Below, piece by piece: positions 37,011 through 48,200 of a DNA stretch of 64,000 nt. The stretch's first letter is position 1, and each line of letters begins with the position of its first letter. A model generated the notes under the pieces. The model was given only the letters and a program-made list of their open reading frames with translations. It was not told where the DNA came from and ran no database searches. The position numbers and the translations under genes were made by a program. This DNA is from Pirellulales bacterium (GTDB taxonomy: Bacteria; Planctomycetota; Planctomycetia; Pirellulales; JAICIG01), in contig JBBDYJ010000035.1 in the NCBI GenBank assembly GCA_040901675.1, positions 32,001 to 96,000 of the forward strand, written 5' to 3'.

Positions 37011-38429
37011 TCACTCCGTTTCGGCGAAGGCGTACAGGTGCTTCTCGGTCCGCACGTATAGCGTGTCGTCCGCGATCGCCGGCGTGGCCGCCGTCCGTTC
37101 GTCGAGCTTCGGGTTCTTGGCCACCACGACCGGCTGCTCGGACCCGGCCACGAGCACGGTCACGGCGCCGTCGAGGGACGTGAAGTAGATGTGCCCGTTC
37201 GCCGCCACCGGCGAGGCGTAGTACTTGCCGCCCGCGGCCGCCCGTCCCTGGTACACCTCGGCGCCGGTCCTGGCATCGTAGGCGGTTACAATGCCGCCGT
37301 CCTTCACCATCACGTACTGCCCGCGGTACACAATCGCCGATGGGACGTAGGGCAGGCCCTTCGTTTGCTTCCAAAGCACGTGCGACTCCGTCAGGTCCCC
37401 CGTCCCGCCGGCCTTCAACGCGAAGGCGATATTCTTCCCCTCGGACATGAACTTGAGGATCGTGTCCCACTCGTCGCGGGCGATCTTGCCGTCCTTGTTC
37501 GTGTCTTGGTTGTCGAAGAAGCCCTCGAAGGTCTTCTCGGCCTCGGCTCGCGACAGCGCGCCGTCCTTGTCCGCGTCCAGATCCTTGAGCAGGCCGTCGA
37601 AGCTCGGCATCTGGTTCTCCGTGTCGTCCGGGCCGCCCGGCGACCAGCCGGCGAAGAACAGGATGCCGTCGGCCGTCACCGGGGAGGAGCAGCACGCCGT
37701 GGGAACGCCGGCCACGGACCACCTCTCTGCGCCGGTCTTGAGGTCGTAGCCGATCATCCGCGCGTGGCCGGCCGCCACAACCTGCTTGCCGGCCGGGGTG
37801 TCCCAAACCACCGGCGTGCAGTATGAGGCCGGCGACTGGCGTTTCTTCTCCCATTGGAGCGATCCGCTGGCCGCGTCGAGCGCGAAGATCCTTGAATCCT
37901 TCGTCTGGTCCCGGACGAGTACGACCATGCCGTCCGCCAGGATCGGCGAGACTCCGCTGCCGAAGTCCCCGGCCGTGCCCGCCGCCGGCATCTCGAACGT
38001 CCAGAGCTCGTTGCCCGACAGGTCGTAGCAGAACAGCCCGCAGGAACCGAAGTACGACACGATCCGCTCTCCGTCCGTCGCTGGGGTGGACGCGGCCGGA
38101 CTGCCCTCGGTCTTGTTGTACGCCTCGATCTCTTTTGCCGGGGCCTCGGCTCGCCACGCTTCCTCTCCATTTGCGCGGCTGTAGGCGATTGTGTATAGCT
38201 TCCCGCGGTCGAACGCGGTGATGACGAGCTTGTCTCCAGCGACGACCGGCGAGGAGAGTCCGCTCGGCGCGGGGACTTTCCACTTCACATTCTTGTCCGG
38301 GCCGAGCTGGACCGGCGGCCTCTGGCCGTCCGCGACGCCCGACCCGCCCGGCCACGCGAGCGGCTTATCCGCAGCCAGTCCGACCGCCGAGAACAACGCC
38401 ACTGCCACCAGGCCGATCAATGTCTTCAT
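37011..38429 (-). CDS. Secreted PQQ-like beta-propeller protein with an inserted EF-hand pair
   Basis: Signal peptide; SSPV, ASTP and YASP blades; DADKDGALSRAE and DTNKDGKIARDE. Confidence 0.85.
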   Translation of the reverse strand: MKTLIGLVAVALFSAVGLAADKPLAWPGGSGVADGQRPPVQLGPDKNVKWKVPAPSGLSSPVVAGDKLVITAFDRGKLYTIAYSRANGEEAWRAEAPAKEIEAYNKTEGSPAASTPATDGERIVSYFGSCGLFCYDLSGNELWTFEMPAAGTAGDFGSGVSPILADGMVVLVRDQTKDSRIFALDAASGSLQWEKKRQSPASYCTPVVWDTPAGKQVVAAGHARMIGYDLKTGAERWSVAGVPTACCSSPVTADGILFFAGWSPGGPDDTENQMPSFDGLLKDLDADKDGALSRAEAEKTFEGFFDNQDTNKDGKIARDEWDTILKFMSEGKNIAFALKAGGTGDLTESHVLWKQTKGLPYVPSAIVYRGQYVMVKDGGIVTAYDARTGAEVYQGRAAAGGKYYASPVAANGHIYFTSLDGAVTVLVAGSEQPVVVAKNPKLDERTAATPAIADDTLYVRTEKHLYAFAETE

Positions 38430-38435
38430 GTCCAA

Positions 38436-38534
38436 TCAACTCCGTTGCCGTGGGATATATGGTTCTGACCTCGTCTCGGCGACCGCGATGTCTCCCTCGA
38501 TGAACACGTCCAGTTGCTGGCCGACGTAGACGGC
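38436..38534 (-). pseudogene. C-terminal remnant of an HlyD-family membrane fusion protein
   Basis: Startless frame AVYVGQQLDVFIEGD..* beginning 2 nt after the FhlA-like stop. Confidence 0.55.
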
Positions 38535-38535
38535 A

Positions 38536-40734
38536 CTAATGCGGGCGCGAGATTCCCAGCTTCTTCATCTTGGATTGGAGCGTCGTCCGCTTCATCGCCA
38601 GACGCGCCGCGGCGCCGTTCGGACCACCCAGCACCCAGCCGCATCCGCGGACGACGCTGAGGATGTGGTCCCGTTCGGCGTCGGCCAGAGAAACTGGTCC
38701 GCCGGCAGCGGCGTCCGCGCTTCTGGCCGACTGCACGTCGCCGGCGGCCAGCGGCATGCTGGACGCGGTCTTCCTCCCAGGTGGCTGGGCAGTTGCCGCG
38801 GGCTGCAGGTCGGCGGCGGGGATCTGCAGCGCTGGGCCCGGCGAGAGGATGACCGCGCGTTCGATGACGTTTTGCATCTCCCGGATGTTGCCCGGCCAGG
38901 GATAGCGGACCAGGGCGTCCATGACGGCGGTCGGAATGGTTTCGATCCGCCGGCCCATCCGCTGCGCGAATCGCTGGGCGAAGTGGCGGGCGAGCATCGG
39001 TATATCGTCGCGGCGCTCGCGCAGCGGGGGCAGCACGACGGGGAACACGTTCAGGCGGTAGTAGAGGTCGCTGCGGAAGTGGCCGTCGGCAACCATCCGC
39101 GCCAGATCCCGGTTCGTCGCCGCCACCAGGCGCACGTCCACGCGGATGGTGTGCGTGCTGCCCAGCCGCTCGAACTCCTGCTCTTGCAAAGCGCGGAGCA
39201 GCTTCGGCTGCAGTTCGGGAGGAATGTCGCCCACTTCGTCGAGGAACAACGTCCCCTGGTGTGCTAGCTCGAAGCGGCCGATCTTCTGGGTGATGGCGCC
39301 TGTGAAAGCGCCCTTCTCATGGCCGAACAGCTCGCTCTCCAGAAGCCCGGTGGGAATAGCAGCACAGTTGAGCTTGACGAAGGTCCGGTCCCGGCGCGGG
39401 CTCAAGTCGTGCAGGGCACGGGCAACCAGCTCCTTTCCGGTGCCCGTCTCTCCGCGGATGAGCACGGTCGAGCCGGTGCGGGCGACCGTCTCGACCTCCT
39501 TCAACACCCGACGCAGCGAGGCGCTCTCGCCGACGATCTCCCCGAAGTTCTGGTCGGTGCGGACCTCCTCCTCCAGGTAGAGATTCTCCTTGGCCAGCCG
39601 GTCTTTCAGCTCGGTGATCTGCCGGTAGGCCTGGGCGTTCTCCACGGCAATCGCGATCTGCTTGGCCACCTCGCTCAGCAGCTCGACCTCCTGGGCGCTG
39701 AATGCATCGTCGCGGCGTCTGCCCATGTCCAGTGCGCCCAGCACGCGGTCGCGGTACGGCAGCGGGACCGAGCAAAACGCCTTCACGCCTTCAGCAATCC
39801 AATGTCTTGCGCACGCCGATTCCGTGGCCAGGCTTTTCAAGTCCCGCTCGCCAAGGATTGCCGGCTTACGGGTGGTGATTGCAATACTGGCGGGTGTCCT
39901 GCAGTCGGCCTCGGCAATTCCTTCTTCGATAAACGACTCGTTCTTCGCAAAAGACAGCACGTGGACGCGGTAGCGCCGCGTCTCCTGGTCAACCAGCACC
40001 AAGGCCGAGCCGTCATGCTCGATGACCGCTCGCAGGCAGCCGCTGACGGCGGGAAAAAGGTCGTCCAGGCTCAAATGGGCGACTACCGCGTTGTTCACTT
40101 CCAGCAGAAGCCGGACGCGGTCGCGTTCGTGCGTCAGTTGCCGCTGGGCGGCCTGGGCGCTCTCGTCGTGCAGCACGTTGTCCACGGCGACGGCGACCTG
40201 CTTCGCCACCTGGTGCATGAAGTGGACCTCTGCCGGCTGATAGACGCGCCTGTGCTTGCTCCCGAATCCCATGGCGCCCAGCCGCCGCAACGCCGTGGTC
40301 AACGGAACCACGCAGAACGATTGCACGCCGTTCTCCCGCAACAAGGGCTGCAACTGAGGGAAACGGCTCTCGAGCGCTACATCCTCGACCACCAAGGGCT
40401 GCTGAGTTTTCCACACTAACCCCCCTGGCGATTCGTCGACGGGCAGCTCCAGCCCCGGGCGGATCGTGCTGGGTTCCGGCACAACCAGCAAGTGCAGCCG
40501 CATTATGTGGCGCGCGGAATCGTACAACACCAGGTTGATGTAATCGAACGGGACGATGGGCGGGAGCCGCTCGGCGAGATCGTGGAACAGCTCGCCCAGG
40601 TCCCGGTGCACCGCAATGGCTTCCCCAACCTCCAGGAGGGTCCGGTACTGCTCGCGGGAGAAGAGAGCCTCCCGGCTTTCCAGCAATTCAGGCATAACCA
40701 GAAGCTCCGCGAGGCGACTTGGGTCCGGGGTCAT
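38536..40734 (-). CDS. Sigma54-dependent activator, FhlA-like (two GAF domains, AAA+, HTH)
   Basis: [54 protein letters not shown] overlap with the upstream gene. Confidence 0.95.
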   Translation of the reverse strand: MTPDPSRLAELLVMPELLESREALFSREQYRTLLEVGEAIAVHRDLGELFHDLAERLPPIVPFDYINLVLYDSARHIMRLHLLVVPEPSTIRPGLELPVDESPGGLVWKTQQPLVVEDVALESRFPQLQPLLRENGVQSFCVVPLTTALRRLGAMGFGSKHRRVYQPAEVHFMHQVAKQVAVAVDNVLHDESAQAAQRQLTHERDRVRLLLEVNNAVVAHLSLDDLFPAVSGCLRAVIEHDGSALVLVDQETRRYRVHVLSFAKNESFIEEGIAEADCRTPASIAITTRKPAILGERDLKSLATESACARHWIAEGVKAFCSVPLPYRDRVLGALDMGRRRDDAFSAQEVELLSEVAKQIAIAVENAQAYRQITELKDRLAKENLYLEEEVRTDQNFGEIVGESASLRRVLKEVETVARTGSTVLIRGETGTGKELVARALHDLSPRRDRTFVKLNCAAIPTGLLESELFGHEKGAFTGAITQKIGRFELAHQGTLFLDEVGDIPPELQPKLLRALQEQEFERLGSTHTIRVDVRLVAATNRDLARMVADGHFRSDLYYRLNVFPVVLPPLRERRDDIPMLARHFAQRFAQRMGRRIETIPTAVMDALVRYPWPGNIREMQNVIERAVILSPGPALQIPAADLQPAATAQPPGRKTASSMPLAAGDVQSARSADAAAGGPVSLADAERDHILSVVRGCGWVLGGPNGAAARLAMKRTTLQSKMKKLGISRPH

Positions 40735-42251
40735 TTGCTGCGGCGAACGAACAGATGGTCCTTCTCGTCTTCGTCCCAGCCCACGTGCTTGATGCTGACG
40801 TTGGTGACTTGACCGTCGCTGGACGCCCCAAACGTCAGCAGCCAATCGAAAGTCAGCCGTGTCGGAGCTCGGGCATAGAACGATTCATTTTGCCAGTGCG
40901 ACAGGTCCGTCGTATACTCCCCGAACGTCACGAGCAGCCGGCCGCCCTCGCGCCGCACGAAGAGCCGGCCGTAGAGTTGGGACTCAAACGCGCCCGCGTA
41001 TTGTTCCAATGGCAGCGAAGGCGCCGTGGCCGGCGCGCGGGTCTTTTCCAGCCGGGCTTTTGCTTCGTCTCTGGGCCGGTAGGCGTTGCCTGGAGGTTCG
41101 TTGTGGAGCCATGTGGTTTCCCACTTGTCCGGATTCCATGCCGCGTCCGGCCCGATGAGGTACGCGTCGAACACGTCGTACATCAATAGCCCGGCAACGC
41201 TTTCCGAATCGAGGTTCGATAGTACGACGACCCCCAGTCTTTCTTCGGGAATCATCGCCAGCATCGCCCCCCATGCGCCGCCATGCAGCACGACCTTGCG
41301 GCCACGGTAATCCTGGACGAACCAGCCGAGCCCCGTGCCGTGGAACTGCGCGGCATACATGTTGCCTTCCGGCCGCGATTGGATGGGGATGGAAAACTGC
41401 AAGGCGTGCATCTCGCGAACGGTTTCGGGCAGGAGTATCCGGCGCTGTGCGTGCGTCCCCTCGGCAAGTTGCAGTTTGAGCCACTGCGCCATATCGACGA
41501 CCGTGGAGTAGACGCCGCCTGTGCGCGGCGCCGCCCGGGCGACAATGCCCGCATCGCTCCGCCAATGGCGCGGCGCGACTCGATCGGGCGGAACTTTCGT
41601 CACTTCCGCCGTGGTCGACCTCATGTCGAGCGGCCGGAAAATGTGCTCGGCGGCGAATTGCTCCCACGGTTGTCCTGAAACGTCGGTCACCACCTTGCCC
41701 AGGACGACATACATGTGATTGTTGTAGATGAACTGGGTGCGCAATTCGGCCGTCGACTCCAGGTGCTTGAGGCGGTGCAAAATCTCGTTGGTGCCAAATC
41801 CTGTCCCGTCTCCCAGCAAGTCGGCCCGCCGCAATCCCGTACGATGGCACAGCAAATCGCGCAGCGTGACGTGCTCTGTCAAGTAACGATCGGAAAGTTC
41901 GAAATCCGGCAGATGTTTTTCGACCGGATCGTCCCAGCCCAGTTTCCCTTCCTCGACCAGCAGGCCCACGCAGGCGGCCATGAACGACTTTGCGCACGAG
42001 GCGATCGAGAAGACGGTGTCGGCCCTTACTTTCCGGTCCTTGCCCAGTTCGCTCACGCCGTAGCCGCGCGCCAGCACAGTCTCGCCATCCTTGACGACGG
42101 CGATCGCCAGCCCGGGGACCCTCCACGTGTCCATGGCCTCGCGAATGTACGCATCCATCCCCCCAAAGCGGTCGCCGCCCCGCGCGTTCTGCGGACCGAG
42201 TGCCAGCCAGCCCACCACCCCATACGATAAGAATCGCGCGGCGACGCTCAC
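40731..42251 (-). CDS. Serine hydrolase (class C beta-lactamase-like) with a DUF3471-like C-terminal domain
   Basis: SCAK (SxxK), [18 protein letters not shown]; probable GTG start at 42251. Confidence 0.9.
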   Translation of the reverse strand: MSVAARFLSYGVVGWLALGPQNARGGDRFGGMDAYIREAMDTWRVPGLAIAVVKDGETVLARGYGVSELGKDRKVRADTVFSIASCAKSFMAACVGLLVEEGKLGWDDPVEKHLPDFELSDRYLTEHVTLRDLLCHRTGLRRADLLGDGTGFGTNEILHRLKHLESTAELRTQFIYNNHMYVVLGKVVTDVSGQPWEQFAAEHIFRPLDMRSTTAEVTKVPPDRVAPRHWRSDAGIVARAAPRTGGVYSTVVDMAQWLKLQLAEGTHAQRRILLPETVREMHALQFSIPIQSRPEGNMYAAQFHGTGLGWFVQDYRGRKVVLHGGAWGAMLAMIPEERLGVVVLSNLDSESVAGLLMYDVFDAYLIGPDAAWNPDKWETTWLHNEPPGNAYRPRDEAKARLEKTRAPATAPSLPLEQYAGAFESQLYGRLFVRREGGRLLVTFGEYTTDLSHWQNESFYARAPTRLTFDWLLTFGASSDGQVTNVSIKHVGWDEDEKDHLFVRRSK

Positions 42252-42512
42252 AATCCTTTCCCTTCGAGTTGGATGATAACCTCTGCGGCGTTGCCGGGCA
42301 GGCCACCGTGAAGGCCGGCGCGAACAAGAAGGCCGTTGCAATGTGGGCACCGATCGGCCGTCCCCGAGATACGTAGGCACGCAACCCCTTACCGCCAATG
42401 CAAGCCTAATTATATAGCGGGTTGCGCGTGCACCGGACAAGGAGGGGGGCGAGATTAGGATTGTGTGAGCGCCGCTGGAGGCACCGTGCAGATGGTCCGC
42501 ACTCCCGTTGCA

Positions 42513-43760
42513 CTACCACTGAACCGGCAGGGCAACCAGCGCGCGGGTGCCGATGCGGGAGGAGAAGCGGATTTGGGAGCGGGGAACGGCCAACTGGAGT
42601 TGCGGGAGGCGGGTGAAGAGCCGCTCCAGGGCGATTGCCGTCTCGACCCGGGCCAGCTTCGCGCCGAGGCAGACGTGGATGCCGGTGCCGAAGGCGAGGT
42701 GACGGTTCGGCTGGCGGTGGATGTCCAGCCGCTCGGGATCGTCGAAGACGCCCGGATCGCTGTTGGCCGCCGCCAGGCAGCCAAAAAGCATCTGGCCGCG
42801 GCCGATCCGCTGGCCGCGGAACTCCGTGTCCTGGCGGGCGTAGCGGGGCTTCGTGACCTGGGCAAACGAAATGTAGCGCAGCAGCTCCTGGGCCGCCGAG
42901 TCGGCCAGGCTCCAGTCGGCGGTCAGCTCGGCGAGCTGACGCGGATGGTCGACCAGTGCGAGCACGCTGAGGGCGATCTGGTGGAGTGTCGTTTCATGGC
43001 CGGCCGCCAGCAGCAGGAAGACCATCGCCACCAGTTCGTCCTCGCTGAGCCGGTCGCCGGCCTCCTCCGCCTCGATCAGGGCCGCCATCAGCCCGCCGCG
43101 CGGCCGCTTCGACTGCCGCCGGAACTCCGCGCGCACGTACTGCATCATTTCGCTGAGGCCGGTGAACATCCCCCAAAAAATGCCCAGGATGTTGGTTGAC
43201 GTGGTGAAGCGTGAAGCCCAGCGGGTGAAGCTCGGACGGTCTTCAGGCGGCAGACCGAGCATCTCGCAGATGACGGCCAGCGGGAAAGGTCGTGTAAAAT
43301 GGGCGACTAGATCGACGCCGCCGGGGGAGCGGGCCGCCTGCCGGGCCAGCCCATCCAGTGCCTCGTCGGCCAGCGCTTCCAGCCGCGGGCGAAGGGCCTC
43401 GACGCTCTGCCGCTGGAAGGCCTGATCGACGAGGCCGCGGAGGCGGCGATGGTCCGGCGGGTCGCGCAGCAGCATGTTGGTGGCCAGCGGCTTGAGGTTC
43501 CGCGGCAGCCAGCGGACGATGGTTCCCATCCAGCGGTTGCCGGCCGCGGTGGGGTTTTGCACGAAGCGATGATGATCGCGCAGCAGGTCGTTGACGGCGT
43601 CGTAGGTCGTGGCCATCCAGACCTTGCCGAACAGCGGGAACCGCACTCGGATCACCGGCCCCAGCTCGCGCATCGCCGCCAGCGTGGGAAACGGATTCTG
43701 CTTGAACGCCTGTGAACACAGGTCGAATTCAAGGGCGGGCGGCTCGCTAGCGATGCTCAT
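42513..43760 (-). CDS. Cytochrome P450
   Basis: DPPDHRRLR, AAGHETT, ELLR, FGTGIHVCLG heme motif. Confidence 0.96.
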   Translation of the reverse strand: MSIASEPPALEFDLCSQAFKQNPFPTLAAMRELGPVIRVRFPLFGKVWMATTYDAVNDLLRDHHRFVQNPTAAGNRWMGTIVRWLPRNLKPLATNMLLRDPPDHRRLRGLVDQAFQRQSVEALRPRLEALADEALDGLARQAARSPGGVDLVAHFTRPFPLAVICEMLGLPPEDRPSFTRWASRFTTSTNILGIFWGMFTGLSEMMQYVRAEFRRQSKRPRGGLMAALIEAEEAGDRLSEDELVAMVFLLLAAGHETTLHQIALSVLALVDHPRQLAELTADWSLADSAAQELLRYISFAQVTKPRYARQDTEFRGQRIGRGQMLFGCLAAANSDPGVFDDPERLDIHRQPNRHLAFGTGIHVCLGAKLARVETAIALERLFTRLPQLQLAVPRSQIRFSSRIGTRALVALPVQW

Positions 43761-43856
43761 CGGACGTTCCTCGGCGCTGCGGAGGCTTGCCTCGTCATTG
43801 CCGTCTACCTCGTCCCACAGCATATCGGCAAACCGACACGCACGCGAACTTCGAAG

Positions 43857-43882
43857 GGAACCAAACCTCGTCGGCCTGCGTC
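43857..43882 (+). promoter_or_regulatory. Possible ECF-sigma promoter
   Basis: GGAACC-N16-CGTC, 50 nt upstream of the WD40-ankyrin ATG. Confidence 0.45.
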
Positions 43883-43932
43883 CTAAGATATAGTCACCGA
43901 AGCACTTCGTCATTAGCGGGAAGGATACAGCC

Positions 43933-46248
43933 ATGACTGGTTCCTGCAGGCTCGTGATGTGCTTGTCCGCGTTGGCCGTGTGCCTGGCCTTCGCTGGCCC
44001 CGCGCTGGCTGACCAGCCCGGCGAGCCTGAATTCCGGCAGGCAGAAACGCTGCCGCGCGGAGCCATGATGCGCCTCGGGGAAAGGCTCGCCGACAAGCGT
44101 GACCCTGATGACGATAAGGCCGGCCCCAGCTCCGAATATCCTCTGGCGTTCTCGCCCGACGGATCGACCCTGGCGGCCGGCGATTACCCGGCCCGCTCGT
44201 GGGACCGATCGGTCGTGCTGTGGGATTTGAAAACAGGCAAAGAATCGCGGCGGCTGCACGTGGAGAAAGAGGTGCTCATGGGGCTGGCTTTTTCCCCCGA
44301 CGGAGACACTCTGGCCTGGGGCGGCTACGGCAAGATCCACCTCTGGGATCTCGCGACGGGCACGAAGCGCGTGCAATTGGAAACGCAAGAGCGGACGAAT
44401 ATCGGCTCAGTCGCATTCTCTGCGGACGGTAAGCGAATTGCCGCCATCGGGGGAAAGCACGTCCACATTTGGGAGGCTGCGACGGGGCAGGAAATCGGGC
44501 GCTTCACCGGCGACGGTGGCTGGGCACGCGCGGTCGCGATTTCTTCTGACGGCCAAGCCTTCGCAGCGGCGATCGGCACGAGCGTCCACGTCTGGGAGAT
44601 CGAATCGGGCCGGCAACGGCGGCATCTGCCGGAGGCCGCCGGCAAATGGGGCGCGAGCGCCGTCGCGTTTTCGCCGGACGGGAAGTTGCTGCTCTCGGCC
44701 GGCGACAAGCGGCTTCAGCTTTGGGACGCGGCCACTTGGGAAAATCGCCTGAGGCGCGACTTCGAGTCGGCCCATTTGTTTGCGGCGGCGTTCGCCCCTG
44801 ACGGAAAAACGTTCGCCGCCGGTGACGGCTTCGCGGTCCGCTTCTGGAATACGGACTCGGGCCGGGAGTTCTTCAGCTTCGAGCCCTATGGCCAGGCGAG
44901 CGACTTCTCCGCGTTCGCGTTTTCGCCGGATGGAAAGACGTTCGCCACGGTGGACGATCGAGGGGCGGTGCTCATCTGGGATAGGGAGAGACTCCCGAAT
45001 TATCCTCCGGCGAGCTCGCCGGACGGCCTGCCGGTCGGCCGGTGGGTGATCGAGTTCGCCAACGGTGTCGTGGAGACATGCGAGATCCGGAGTGATGGAA
45101 CGGCTGCCGTCGCCGAGCCGAACCGCAACTCCGGCGGCAGGGTGGCCAGCGGCGAGGGGGCGGTCGTGATCGCCTTCGATGACGACCGAGTCGAGCGCTG
45201 GACGCCGATCGGCCAGCGCATCGTCGTTGAACACTGGTACCCGGCAGACAACTTCCCGTGCGCAACACCCGTTCTGGGCATCGCCCATCGCGCGTTGACG
45301 CACGATGGCGTGCCCGTGGAGGAGAAGGACGGTTTATCGGCCCTGCCGATCGACGACGGGCGGCAGGCGTTTTTCAAAGCCATCGCCGAGGGGCGATTCG
45401 ACGACGTCGCCCAGGCCATCCAGGCCGACCCGCAGCTTGTCCACGCCACGTACCAATACGGCGGAACGCCGCTATTCTGGGCGGCCTTCTCCGGCCAGGA
45501 GCAGATTGCGGCCTTGCTCCTGGAGCAGGGGGCCGAGGTCGATGCTCGCGGCATTGAATCCGCCACGCCGCTGTACGTGGCCAGCGAGCGAGGACATGCC
45601 GGCACGGCGAAGCTCCTCCTGGACCACAAGGCCAACGTCGAGGCCGCGAACGAGCGCGGCCTCACGCCCTTGTACGCCGCGGTGTCGCGGGGCCACGAGG
45701 AGGTGGTGGAGATTCTGCTCATAGGCGGCGCCAATCCCAGTGGTCCTGCGGCCGAACCGGGGCGTCGGGCCGTTCACGCCAGCGGCCGCGACAGTCCGCT
45801 GATGCTCGCCGTGTCGTCAGCCACACGGCGGACTGCCAGGACGGCGTTGACTCGCGAAGCCCAGCAGCGCCAGAAAGAGCGTCGGCAGGCAGCCCGCCGA
45901 ATCGCCAAGGCGTTGATCGCTCACCCCGAGTCCGAACTCAACCAGCTCTACATGGGCCAGCAGACTCCACTTCACATGACAGCGGCCGCGGGCGACGTGG
46001 AGCTTACGCGTCTGTTGCTGGAGCATGGCGCCGATCCGAATCTGCGGGATGGCCCGCCGCAGACGCGCAGACACCCGCACCCTTACTTCTCCACGCCCCT
46101 GCACTATGCCGCCAGCGCGGGCAACACGGAGCTGATGGAGCTGCTCGAGCGGCACGGGGCGAGCCCGGACATCAAGAACAGTCTCGGCCAGACACCCGCC
46201 GACCTGCTGCGGGAGAAAATGCGCGAAAAGAAAAGGCGAAAGCAGTAG
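43933..46248 (+). CDS. Secreted WD40-repeat plus ankyrin-repeat protein
   Basis: Signal peptide; about 7 AFSPDG..WD repeats; GTPLFWAA, TPLYVAS, TPLHMTA and TPLHYAA ankyrin repeats. Confidence 0.9.
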   Translation: MTGSCRLVMCLSALAVCLAFAGPALADQPGEPEFRQAETLPRGAMMRLGERLADKRDPDDDKAGPSSEYPLAFSPDGSTLAAGDYPARSWDRSVVLWDLKTGKESRRLHVEKEVLMGLAFSPDGDTLAWGGYGKIHLWDLATGTKRVQLETQERTNIGSVAFSADGKRIAAIGGKHVHIWEAATGQEIGRFTGDGGWARAVAISSDGQAFAAAIGTSVHVWEIESGRQRRHLPEAAGKWGASAVAFSPDGKLLLSAGDKRLQLWDAATWENRLRRDFESAHLFAAAFAPDGKTFAAGDGFAVRFWNTDSGREFFSFEPYGQASDFSAFAFSPDGKTFATVDDRGAVLIWDRERLPNYPPASSPDGLPVGRWVIEFANGVVETCEIRSDGTAAVAEPNRNSGGRVASGEGAVVIAFDDDRVERWTPIGQRIVVEHWYPADNFPCATPVLGIAHRALTHDGVPVEEKDGLSALPIDDGRQAFFKAIAEGRFDDVAQAIQADPQLVHATYQYGGTPLFWAAFSGQEQIAALLLEQGAEVDARGIESATPLYVASERGHAGTAKLLLDHKANVEAANERGLTPLYAAVSRGHEEVVEILLIGGANPSGPAAEPGRRAVHASGRDSPLMLAVSSATRRTARTALTREAQQRQKERRQAARRIAKALIAHPESELNQLYMGQQTPLHMTAAAGDVELTRLLLEHGADPNLRDGPPQTRRHPHPYFSTPLHYAASAGNTELMELLERHGASPDIKNSLGQTPADLLREKMREKKRRKQ

Positions 46249-46342
46249 GCCGTGCAACGTCCCAGAGCGCGTGGCACCGGCGAACGCAAACGGGCAGCAC
46301 GGACCACCAGACGTGTGTCCGCTTGGCGGCTTTTGCTCCTCG

Positions 46343-46357
46343 CGGCACAACACTTGC
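46343..46357 (+). promoter_or_regulatory. Putative sigma54 (-24/-12) promoter upstream of the capA-like gene
   Basis: CGGCACAACACTTGC, exact GG-N10-GC spacing. Confidence 0.5.
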
Positions 46358-46490
46358 CATTCAATGCGACCACTCATTCCGTGCCCGCACCCATCGAAAT
46401 GCGCCTGCTTCCCTCCACGTGGGCGATCGATCGCCGTTGTTGGCGAGTAAGACAGGGCATCGCTCGACAGCGTCGTGCGGAGTCGTCCTA

Positions 46491-47663
46491 ATGTCGGTTA
46501 TGTCGGCCAGCGCGAACCCACCTTCGGCCAGCGGAACTTTCAGGATCTTTCTCTGCGGCGACGTCATGACGGGCCGCGGAATCGACCAGATCCTGCCGCA
46601 TCCGTGCGATCCCACGCTGCACGAGCCGTATGTCCTGGATGCACGGCGCTATGTGCAGCTCGCGGAAGAGGTGCACGGAATGATTCACTGGCCGGTCGAC
46701 GAAAGCTACATCTGGGGTGATGCCCTCGAGGTGTGCGACCGCATGGGGCCTGATTTCCGGATCGTCAACCTGGAGACCGCCATCACCACCAGCGACCGCT
46801 ATTGGCCGGGCAAAGCGATCCATTACCGCATGTCGCCGCGGAACGTCGGCTGCCTGACCGCTGCCCGCATCGACTGTTGCGCCTTGGCGAACAATCACCT
46901 GCTCGATTGGGGGTCGGAGGGCATGCTGGAGACGCTGGAGACGTTGCGGCGCTTTGGCATCAAGGCAGCCGGGGCAGGCAGGGACCGGTCGGAAGCTGAG
47001 TCCCCGGCGACGCTCGAACTGCCCGGAAACGGGCGCGTTCTCGTCTTCTCATTTGGAACACCGACGAGCGGGATCCCCTTGGAGTGGGCGGCAACCGACG
47101 ACCGGCCCGGCGTCCATCTCCTGCCCGATTTGTCGGCGACGACGGCACGGGCGGTCAGCCAACTCGTTGCACGGCACCGGTGTGGCGGCGACATCGTCGT
47201 GGCCTCCATCCACTGGGGTGGAAACTGGGGCTACACGATCCCCGGCAGCCAGCGGCAGTTTGCGCGCCGGCTTGTCGACGAGGCGGGAGTGGCCGTTGTC
47301 CACGGCCACTCCTCGCACCATGTCCAGGGGATCGAAGTTTATCGGGATCGGCTCATCCTTTACGGCTGCGGCGACTTCCTGACCGATTATGAGGGCATTC
47401 GCGGACACGAAGACTTTCGGCCCGATTTGGCGCTCATGTACTTTGCGGACATCGAGACAAGCTGGCCGGGACGCCTTGTCCGCCTGCAAATGGCGCCCTT
47501 GCAGTCCTATCGCTTTCGGCTGCGCCGCGCCACGAACGACGACACCCTAGAGATCTCGAATACTCTTAACCGCGAAGGGCTTTCGTTCGGAACTCGCGTT
47601 CGGCTGGACAGCCACGGCATGCTGGAGCTCCAGTGGGGCAGGGCCGCTCCCGAACAGGCTTAA
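46491..47663 (+). CDS. CapA family metallophosphatase (PGA_cap)
   Basis: GDVMTGRG, NLETA, LANNH, SIHWGGNWG, GHSSHH, YGCGDF. Confidence 0.93.
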   Translation: MSVMSASANPPSASGTFRIFLCGDVMTGRGIDQILPHPCDPTLHEPYVLDARRYVQLAEEVHGMIHWPVDESYIWGDALEVCDRMGPDFRIVNLETAITTSDRYWPGKAIHYRMSPRNVGCLTAARIDCCALANNHLLDWGSEGMLETLETLRRFGIKAAGAGRDRSEAESPATLELPGNGRVLVFSFGTPTSGIPLEWAATDDRPGVHLLPDLSATTARAVSQLVARHRCGGDIVVASIHWGGNWGYTIPGSQRQFARRLVDEAGVAVVHGHSSHHVQGIEVYRDRLILYGCGDFLTDYEGIRGHEDFRPDLALMYFADIETSWPGRLVRLQMAPLQSYRFRLRRATNDDTLEISNTLNREGLSFGTRVRLDSHGMLELQWGRAAPEQA

Positions 47664-47699
47664 ACTAGAGCGGGGCAACGAAAACGGAGGGAATGTTCA

Positions 47700-48176
47700 A
47701 TGTCTGACGCATCACTTCGGGACCATCTCCTTTACCTGCTGCGTGGGGGCGGGGCGCATTTGAGCTTCGACGACGCCATCGCAGGTCTTCCCGTCAAATT
47801 AAGAGCAGCCAAGGTCGACGGCGTCCCGCACACGCCTTGGCGTCTGCTCGAACACCTGCGGATCTGTCAGTGGGACATTCTTGAGTTCTCCAGAAACGCC
47901 GGCCACGTTTCGCCTGACTTTCCGGATGGCTACTGGCCCAAGACCGATGGTCCGCCAGAACCGGGAGCATGGGACCGCAGCGTTGAAGCCTTTCGAGCCG
48001 ACTTGAAGGCCATGACCGATCTGGTCGTCGATCCAAAGACCGATCTGTTCGCGCCGATCCCGCACGGCGACGGCCAGACCATTCTTCGAGAGGCTCTCTT
48101 GATCGCGGATCACAACGCTTACCATTTGGGCCAATTGGTCCTGCTCCGCCGATGCCTGGGTGCCTGGAAAGACTGA
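47700..48176 (+). CDS. DinB family protein
   Basis: [22 protein letters not shown]. Confidence 0.9.
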   Translation: MSDASLRDHLLYLLRGGGAHLSFDDAIAGLPVKLRAAKVDGVPHTPWRLLEHLRICQWDILEFSRNAGHVSPDFPDGYWPKTDGPPEPGAWDRSVEAFRADLKAMTDLVVDPKTDLFAPIPHGDGQTILREALLIADHNAYHLGQLVLLRRCLGAWKD

Positions 48177-48200
48177 TGACCTGAGCAGCGTTCCGCGCCG

